In this document: positions 57,726 through 64,000 of the stretch, piece by piece
Position numbering within the stretch: position 1 is the first letter of the stretch
Layout of the letters: every line of letters begins with the position of its first letter
NCBI GenBank assembly: GCA_045658185.1
Contig: JAZOUQ010000039.1
Span: 7,702 to 71,701 of the forward strand
Direction of reading: 5' to 3'
Origin: Eubacteriales bacterium
GTDB lineage: Bacteria; Bacillota; Clostridia; Oscillospirales; CAG-272
Length of the DNA: 64,000 nucleotides
Program-made: the position numbers and the translations under genes
The notes under the pieces: generated by a model
Seen by the model: only the letters and a program-made list of their open reading frames with translations
What the model was told of the DNA's origin: nothing
Database searches by the model: none

Positions 57726-59951
57726 ATGTATAAAAATACGACAGAGCCCAACATAGATAAGCTTAAAGCGATGCTCGTAGCTACTGGTAAGCCGTACGAT
57801 CTTGAAAAAATACAAAGTGCTATGGAGTATGCGTCTGCCCTTCATGAAGGGCAGTTCCGTGTAAGCGGAGAGCCATACATATCTCATCCGATAGCGGTAG
57901 CAGAGATAGTGGCAAGTCTGGAGCTCGATACTGACTCCATATGTGCCGCATTACTTCACGATACAGTGGAGGATTGCTCGGAAAAGACCGATCTTAAGGA
58001 AATAGAAAAGCGTTTTGGCAGTGACGTCGCTATGCTTGTGGACGGACTTACTAAGCTGGTGGTTCTCCAGATAGAGGACAAGGAGGAGGCACATATTGAG
58101 AACATCAGAAAGATGCTTCTTGCCATGTCCAAGGACGTCAGAGTAATATTTATCAAGCTGTGCGACAGATTGCATAATATGCGTACCCTTGACGTAAAGC
58201 CGGATCCCAAAAGGCGTACCACGGCTCTTGAAACCATGCACGTTTATGCACCTCTTGCACACAGATTGGGTATTCAGAGAATAAAGCAGGAGCTTGAAAA
58301 TCTGTGTATTTCCTACCTCGACCCGATAGGATATGCCGAGGTTGAGAATTACATAACCGAGAAATACGGGGAAAACAGAAACTTTATAGAAAACGTGACC
58401 GTGCAGGTAGAGGATAAGCTGAAAGAAAATAACATTCCCTTTGAGCTTAAGGGAAGAATAAAATCGGCGTACAGTATCTACCGCAAAATGTACAATCAAA
58501 ACAAGAGCTTTGATCAGATATACGATTTTTACGCTATGCGTATAATCGTTAACAATGAGCTTGAATGTTATACAGCACTGGGACTTATACACGAAATGTT
58601 CAAGTCCGTTCCGGGAAGATTTAAGGACTATATTTCGACGCCTAAGCCCAATATGTACCGTTCTCTCCATACCACGGTAATAGGACGTGACGGAATTCCC
58701 TTTGAGGTGCAGATAAGAACCCACGAGATGCACCATATAGCGGAGTACGGTATAGCGGCACATTGGAAGTATAAGTCGGGTGAAAAATCAGGCGAGGATA
58801 TTGACAAGAAGCTTGAGTGGATATCGAGGCTTGTAGAAACCGAAAGCGGAACGAAAGACCCCGATGAATTTTTGAACGCACTTAAAACCGATATTTTCCA
58901 GGACGAGGTGTTCGTATTTACGCCTAAGGGGGACGTACTTGCACTTCCTCAGGGAGCGACGCTTATAGATTTTGCGTACTCCATACACTCAGGTGTTGGA
59001 AACTCTATGATAGGTGCAAAGGTCAACGGAATGATAGTTCCTATTGACAGCTCACCTGAAACTGGCGATATAGTTGAGATACTTACTTCTCAAAACTCCA
59101 AGGGCCCCAGCCGAGATTGGTTGAATATAGTAAAGACCAGTGAGGCGAGAACCAAGATAAGAGGTTGGTTCAAGAAGGAAAAGAGAGCGGATAATATCGT
59201 TGCGGGTAAGGCTATGGTGGATAGCGAATTTAAACGCTGGAAGCGTCCGTTTACCGAAACTCAGAGAAACGAGATAGTTGCAACCGTAGGTCAGCGTATC
59301 GGATTTATGAGTGCTGACGACTTGTACAATACCTTGGGCTATGGCGGTATTTCGCTGTCAAAGGTTGCGGGAAAGCTTCACGACGAGTTTGAAAAGACCA
59401 TAGCGGCAGCAGAACCCGAGCCTCGTGCTGAGATCACCGCTAAGGACATAAAGACGGTTACCGCTCCCAAAAACGTAAAGTCGGGCGGAGGAATAGTTAT
59501 AGACGGAGAATTTGGCTGTCAGGTCAAATTTGCCAAGTGCTGTAATCCCCTTCCTGGCGATAGCGTGGTTGGATTTGTTACAAAGGGATACGGAATATCC
59601 GTGCATAAGCACGACTGTCCTAACTACCTTAATATGGCGGCAGTTCCCGAAAACGCAGACCGACTTGTGGATGCTCATTGGGAAAACGACGGAAGCGGAA
59701 CAAGTCAGGATATGTATGAGGCACAGCTCTCCATATACGTATTTGACCGACTTGGCATAGTTGCGGATATATCCGTGGCACTTTCTGAAATGAAGGTGTT
59801 CTTGTTGCAGATAAATACCACTCGAAGCGGAACTGACAAATCGGTGGTAAATATTAAGATAAGCTGTAAAAACGTAGAGCATTACCGATCCATCGTGTCA
59901 AGGCTTAAGTCTATTGACGGCGTAGAGGACGTAAGCAGAGGTTTTTCATAA
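57726..59951 (+). CDS. relA: Bifunctional (p)ppGpp synthetase/hydrolase (RSH)
   Basis: 741 aa. An HD hydrolase domain (HPIAVA, LLHDTVED), a synthetase domain (YRSLHTTV), and TGS and ACT regions are present. Confidence 0.95.
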   Translation: MYKNTTEPNIDKLKAMLVATGKPYDLEKIQSAMEYASALHEGQFRVSGEPYISHPIAVAEIVASLELDTDSICAALLHDTVEDCSEKTDLKEIEKRFGSDVAMLVDGLTKLVVLQIEDKEEAHIENIRKMLLAMSKDVRVIFIKLCDRLHNMRTLDVKPDPKRRTTALETMHVYAPLAHRLGIQRIKQELENLCISYLDPIGYAEVENYITEKYGENRNFIENVTVQVEDKLKENNIPFELKGRIKSAYSIYRKMYNQNKSFDQIYDFYAMRIIVNNELECYTALGLIHEMFKSVPGRFKDYISTPKPNMYRSLHTTVIGRDGIPFEVQIRTHEMHHIAEYGIAAHWKYKSGEKSGEDIDKKLEWISRLVETESGTKDPDEFLNALKTDIFQDEVFVFTPKGDVLALPQGATLIDFAYSIHSGVGNSMIGAKVNGMIVPIDSSPETGDIVEILTSQNSKGPSRDWLNIVKTSEARTKIRGWFKKEKRADNIVAGKAMVDSEFKRWKRPFTETQRNEIVATVGQRIGFMSADDLYNTLGYGGISLSKVAGKLHDEFEKTIAAAEPEPRAEITAKDIKTVTAPKNVKSGGGIVIDGEFGCQVKFAKCCNPLPGDSVVGFVTKGYGISVHKHDCPNYLNMAAVPENADRLVDAHWENDGSGTSQDMYEAQLSIYVFDRLGIVADISVALSEMKVFLLQINTTRSGTDKSVVNIKISCKNVEHYRSIVSRLKSIDGVEDVSRGFS

Positions 59952-59970
59952 GCATAAGGAGATTTAATTT

Positions 59971-60423
59971 ATGATAGCAGTTTTGCAAAGAGTCAGCGGA
60001 GCATCGGTGGACGTTGACGGACAGACCGTTGGTCGGTGTGGAAACGGACTTTGTGTGCTTTTGGGAGTTGCCAAGGGAGATACGACTGAGGACGCAGACG
60101 CATTGGCAAGAAAAATACTTAATCTTCGCATATTTGAGGACGATAACGGCAAAATGAACCGTTCCATCGTTGACGTGGGAGGAAGTATGCTGGTGGTGTC
60201 TAACTTCACCTTACTTGCCGCTTATAAAAAGGGAAATCGCCCTGACTATATGGGTGCGGCAGTCCCTGAGGAGGCGAATGAGCTTTACGAATATTTTGCT
60301 GACTGCTGTAAGTGCTTTCTTCCTGTTGAAAAGGGTATATTCGGAGCAGATATGAAGCTTCATATAGATAACGACGGACCGGTCACCATAGTAATGGACA
60401 GCAAGGTATTATTAGGAAAATAA
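59971..60423 (+). CDS. dtd: D-aminoacyl-tRNA deacylase
   Basis: 150 aa. MIAVLQRVSGASV... and the SNFTL motif are present. Confidence 0.95.
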   Translation: MIAVLQRVSGASVDVDGQTVGRCGNGLCVLLGVAKGDTTEDADALARKILNLRIFEDDNGKMNRSIVDVGGSMLVVSNFTLLAAYKKGNRPDYMGAAVPEEANELYEYFADCCKCFLPVEKGIFGADMKLHIDNDGPVTIVMDSKVLLGK

Positions 60424-60436
60424 AAAGGATGTACTT

Positions 60437-61933
60437 ATGAACATAAGATTAGAGTCACCTATAAACAAATATTACGTTCAAACGCTGGGAATGATATTTT
60501 TCCCGGGAGAGCGTTTTGGCGAGGATCAGAATAATGACGAAACGGTGCCGTCGCTGTATGTAAAAACCGAAAAGACAGAGCAGGGTATTCTTGCTTACGC
60601 GGAGATCGGCTGTAACGGTAAGATATGCAAGTCGGAATATCTCTCGGAGTTTAACGATATGAGAAGCGAGGAGAGAACGCTCAAGCTTGCGGTCGGAGGT
60701 GCTGTGCTTACGGCGGCATCGGAGCTTACGGGATACCGCCCTGCGTGGGGAATGCTCATAGGAGTTCGCCCCTCAAAGGTGGCAAGTGAGATGCTTAACG
60801 CGGGAATAAGTAAGACCCGTGTAAAAAAGATACTTAATACCGACTATATGGTCATACCCAAAAAGGCGGCGTTGGCTACCGATATAGCAGTAACGGAAAA
60901 GAGAATAATCGGTGACGGCTCTCCCAAGGATTGCAGTGTGTACATATCAATTCCTTTCTGTCCCACAAGATGTACGTATTGCTCTTTCGTTTCCTATACG
61001 TCTAAGAGATTGTTGTCGCTTATACCCGATTATCTCGCTAAGCTGAAGGTGGACATCAAGGCGAATTTTGACCTTATAAAAAAGCTTGGACTTCGTGTGA
61101 GAACGGTCTATATAGGCGGAGGAACTCCCACTATACTGGACGAGCGTCAGCTTGAAGAATTACTTGCGTGCGTTGCTGAGCAGACTGATGTTGACGCACT
61201 TGAGGAATATACGCTGGAGGCGGGTCGCCCCGATACCATAACGGCAGAAAAGTTTGCGGTGGCCAAGGCGTACGGTGTTACGAGAGTAAGCGTAAACCCA
61301 CAGAGCCTTTGTGACGGAGTGCTTGAAGGAATAGGAAGAAGTCACAGTGCAGAGGACTTTTTTAGAGCATATGATACTGCTAAAAAATCAGGCATAAAAA
61401 CGGTAAACGTAGACCTTATCGCAGGACTTCCGGGGGATAATTTCAAGCAGTTTTCGGCTACCGTTGACAAGATAATATCCCTTGAACCCGAGAATATAAC
61501 GATGCACACCTTCTGTGTAAAAAAATCTGCGGAGATATTAAGACAAAATCAGCAGATATACTCGGCAAGAGGCGGAGATGCGGGAAAATGTGTTGACTAT
61601 TCACAGATAAAAATACAGCAGGCGGGACTTATACCGTACTATATGTATAGACAAAAGAACACCGTGGGAAACTATGAGAACGTAGGCTTTTCCGTCCCCG
61701 GTCACGAGGGACTTTACAACATTTATATGATGGAGGAGATACATTCCATTTTTGCTGTTGGTGCGGGAGCTGTGACTAAGCTCGTGGATAATAACGCAGA
61801 ATATGGAGTGTCGGGACAAAATATAGAGAGATTGTTCAGACACAAATATCCTTACGAATATCTCGAAGAGGATAAGAATAGTATTTTTGAGAGAGCCGCA
61901 ACGGAGTTTTACGAGAAGCATAAAATGATTTGA
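60437..61933 (+). CDS. hemZ: Radical SAM coproporphyrinogen-III-oxidase-like protein (HemZ-type)
   Basis: 498 aa with the radical SAM cluster motif CPTRCTYCSF. The long N-terminal extension and the position after dtd are typical of clostridial HemZ. Confidence 0.8.
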   Translation: MNIRLESPINKYYVQTLGMIFFPGERFGEDQNNDETVPSLYVKTEKTEQGILAYAEIGCNGKICKSEYLSEFNDMRSEERTLKLAVGGAVLTAASELTGYRPAWGMLIGVRPSKVASEMLNAGISKTRVKKILNTDYMVIPKKAALATDIAVTEKRIIGDGSPKDCSVYISIPFCPTRCTYCSFVSYTSKRLLSLIPDYLAKLKVDIKANFDLIKKLGLRVRTVYIGGGTPTILDERQLEELLACVAEQTDVDALEEYTLEAGRPDTITAEKFAVAKAYGVTRVSVNPQSLCDGVLEGIGRSHSAEDFFRAYDTAKKSGIKTVNVDLIAGLPGDNFKQFSATVDKIISLEPENITMHTFCVKKSAEILRQNQQIYSARGGDAGKCVDYSQIKIQQAGLIPYYMYRQKNTVGNYENVGFSVPGHEGLYNIYMMEEIHSIFAVGAGAVTKLVDNNAEYGVSGQNIERLFRHKYPYEYLEEDKNSIFERAATEFYEKHKMI

Positions 61934-61976
61934 TTGAGCGACTTCGTTGCTGTTCCTCAGAAAGGAGCGTAGACGA

Positions 61977-62849
61977 ATGAATATCAGAGAATATATAAAA
62001 AAATGTGACAATGAGTTTGAGAGAAATTTAAACCGTGTAGCTGATGCGATAGCTGAGGGAAAGGAAAGAGTGGTGTGTTTGTCAGGACCTACGTGTTCGG
62101 GTAAGACTACTGCCGCATCGATGCTTGCGAAAAGACTTTTTTCCGACGGCAGAAAGATACACATCATTTCCATAGATGATTTTTATCTCGACAGAGAAGT
62201 TTTACACCAGCTCTCAATGGCAAAAGGACTTGACGAAATAGATTACGATTCGGTGGATACCATAGATTTAGAGGCACTTAAGAGCTTTGTTTCCGAGGTG
62301 TTTATGGGTGAGGAGATACACTGTCCCGTTTTTGATTTCAAACAGGGAGCAAGAGCGGGGTATCGCACGGTAAGAGCAGAAGCCGACGACCTGTTTATAT
62401 TTGAGGGGATACAAGCAATATATCCTCAGGTAACAGAACTTTTCTTGCCAATAGGATACGTTAGCGTGTATATATCTCCCCAAAGAGGGCTTCACACGGG
62501 CGACGAGGTGATAGAGCCTAATGAGATAAGGCTTATGAGGCGGATTGTGAGAGATAATAATTTCAGAGGATCGTCACCTGAGTTTACGCTGTATATGTGG
62601 GATGCGGTAAGAGATAACGAGGAAAAAAATATTTTTCCATACGTTGACGGATGTAAATATTTCATTGATTCCACGCTTGATTATGAGTTGGGCATTCTTC
62701 GTCCATACCTTGAGAGGCTCTTGCCCACAGTACCCGAAAACAGTGAATATTTTCAACACGCAAGAGCTATACTTATGAGTATGGCAGGGGTAGAGCCTAT
62801 AAGCTCGGAGCTGGTTAGAGAGGATTCACTTTACCGAGAATTTGTTTAA
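61977..62849 (+). CDS. Uridine kinase / phosphoribulokinase-family nucleoside kinase
   Basis: The ATG at 61977 lies 9 nt after AAAGGAG. The P-loop LSGPTCSGKTT and ISIDDFY are present. Confidence 0.75.
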   Translation: MNIREYIKKCDNEFERNLNRVADAIAEGKERVVCLSGPTCSGKTTAASMLAKRLFSDGRKIHIISIDDFYLDREVLHQLSMAKGLDEIDYDSVDTIDLEALKSFVSEVFMGEEIHCPVFDFKQGARAGYRTVRAEADDLFIFEGIQAIYPQVTELFLPIGYVSVYISPQRGLHTGDEVIEPNEIRLMRRIVRDNNFRGSSPEFTLYMWDAVRDNEEKNIFPYVDGCKYFIDSTLDYELGILRPYLERLLPTVPENSEYFQHARAILMSMAGVEPISSELVREDSLYREFV

Positions 62850-62853
62850 AAAG

Positions 62854-62963
62854 AAAACACCGCCCTTACATATTACGCGGCGGACCTTTAAGAATACGTT
62901 CGGTGCTTTCCGAATAAGATTATAGGGACTATACGCGTAATGAAAGGTAAGAGGCGGTGTTTT
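62854..62963 (+). other. About 110-nt long imperfect hairpin overlapping the ribosome-binding region of the next gene
   Basis: AAAACACCGCC (62854-62864) pairs with GGCGGTGTTTT (62953-62963). CTTAC pairs with GTAAG. ATTACGCG (62872-62879) pairs with CGCGTAAT (62934-62941). That is about 24 bp enclosing about 54 nt, followed by TTTTTAT. Confidence 0.35.
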
Positions 62964-62967
62964 TATA

Positions 62968-64000
62968 TTGAATACGGTCAGAGGTGATAATGCAGTCAGT
63001 GAGCGTACGTTTATGTCGGGCGTCGTTGCATTGACAGCATCAACTGTAATCGTTAAAATAATAGGTCTTGCATACAAGATCCCACTTATATCCATATTGG
63101 GTGCAGAGGGAATGGGATACTTTAATACGGCATACGAGATATTTGCACTTTTGTGCGGAGTTTCGACATCGGGGCTGCCCGTAGCGGTGTCAATGCTTGT
63201 TTCAGCCGCAAGAGAAACGGGCGATGCCGCTAAGGAGCGAGGCGTTTACAGAACGTCGTTTGCATTGCTCGTTACAAAGGGGTTGCTGTTTTCGGCACTC
63301 CTGATGCTTTTTGCCCATCCGTTATCTCGGATGCTCGGTAATACACAGGCATATTATGCTATTCTTGCAATTTCTCCGTCACTGCTGTTTTCTTGTATTG
63401 CAGGAGCAATAAGAGGGTATTTTCAAGGATGCAGAATTATGTCGCCAACGGCTATATCACAGCTTGTCGAGGCTGTTGGAAAGCTTGGATTTGGAGTGGC
63501 GTTTGCCGCCATTTTTATGGCGGGCGGTGCAAGTATACCTGTGGCGGCGGCATTTGCCGTGCTTGGCGTATCCTTAGGTAGCTTTTTATCGGCAGTTTTT
63601 TTGCTTATTCGCAAAAAAATGGCGGGAAGCTTAAAAAAAGATAAAAAGGTAGGGAGTTATTTTTTTGCTTTGTTGCGTATATCTCTACCTATAACTGCCA
63701 GTTCTGCTTTGATAGGCGGAACAAGAATGGTTGATATGACACTTATAATGAGAAGGCTGACGCTGACGGGTATAAGTGCGGCAAAAGCGAATGAAATATA
63801 CGGATCATATACAACGCTGGCACTTCCCGTATTTCTGCTCGCTCCCGCATTTATACCTCCCATAACTGAAAATCTCATTCCACGCCTCTCGGCAGCGGTA
63901 GCATCAGAGGCGTTTGAGGAGCAGAAAAGGGCGAGGGATAACGCAGTAAGACTCAGCGTTTTTATTGCAATGCCTGCCTCTATGGGAATTGCTTTGTATT
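62968..64000 (+). CDS. MurJ/SpoVB-family (MOP superfamily) lipid-linked glycan flippase; the 3' end runs off the window
   Basis: It is absent from the ORF track because there is no stop in the window. My translation reads LNTVRGDNAVSERTFMSGVVALTASTVIVKIIGLAYKIPLISILGAEGMGYFNTAYEIFALL...AIRGYFQGCRIMSPTAISQLVEAVGKL... By alignment with B. subtilis SpoVB (KQTFLKGTLILIAA), the start lies upstream of the ATG at 63013, so the TTG at 62968 is likely. Confidence 0.8.
   Translation, partial: MNTVRGDNAVSERTFMSGVVALTASTVIVKIIGLAYKIPLISILGAEGMGYFNTAYEIFALLCGVSTSGLPVAVSMLVSAARETGDAAKERGVYRTSFALLVTKGLLFSALLMLFAHPLSRMLGNTQAYYAILAISPSLLFSCIAGAIRGYFQGCRIMSPTAISQLVEAVGKLGFGVAFAAIFMAGGASIPVAAAFAVLGVSLGSFLSAVFLLIRKKMAGSLKKDKKVGSYFFALLRISLPITASSALIGGTRMVDMTLIMRRLTLTGISAAKANEIYGSYTTLALPVFLLAPAFIPPITENLIPRLSAAVASEAFEEQKRARDNAVRLSVFIAMPASMGIALY

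Noticed and set aside
57951-58763. A 270-aa ORF on the minus strand
   Set aside because: It is antisense to relA, whose HD and synthetase motifs are unambiguous on the plus strand.
62826-63095. An 89-aa minus-strand ORF spanning the kinase/murJ spacer
   Set aside because: It overlaps the long hairpin and the 5' end of the well-supported MurJ/SpoVB-like frame on the plus strand. It has no RBS.

Overview
This is a dense chromosomal core region of a spore-forming Firmicute. Gene content and a type-A RNase P RNA suggest Clostridia, possibly Oscillospiraceae/Ruminococcaceae-like, but that placement is inference. I support about 58 protein genes, one of them an interrupted lacZ, plus RNase P RNA, a THF riboswitch, a preQ1-I riboswitch, many intrinsic terminators and several near-consensus sigma-A promoters (TTGACA-17-TGnTATAAT). 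Main blocks: a complete spoIIIAA-AH operon followed by an uncharacterised P-loop ATPase; rnpB; nrdR-ligA; rsmI; an ABC importer operon ending in a wHTH-LicC fusion; gdhA; gap; spoIIGA-sigE-wecB; rsmA; an LtaS-like gene followed by a YidC-TagF fusion; comEB-like, rimI, tsaD, rex, dnaD and dnaI; an SDR; lacZ with one in-frame TAA; fucO; spoVT; an XRE regulator with two ABC exporter half-transporters; THF-folT-folC; preQ1-queT; putP; and the string cdaA, FAD oxidoreductase, recJ, relA, dtd, hemZ, a udk-like kinase and a murJ/spoVB-like gene. I saw no CRISPR array, rRNA, tRNA, transposase, integrase or recognisable defence system. The most unusual items are the YidC-TagF fusion next to the LtaS-like gene, the wHTH-LicC fusion closing an importer operon, an ORF-less promoter/structured-RNA/terminator unit downstream of spoVT, and a 110-nt hairpin covering the ribosome-binding region of the murJ/spoVB-like gene. 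All functional calls rest on motif recognition by eye. None has been checked against a database.
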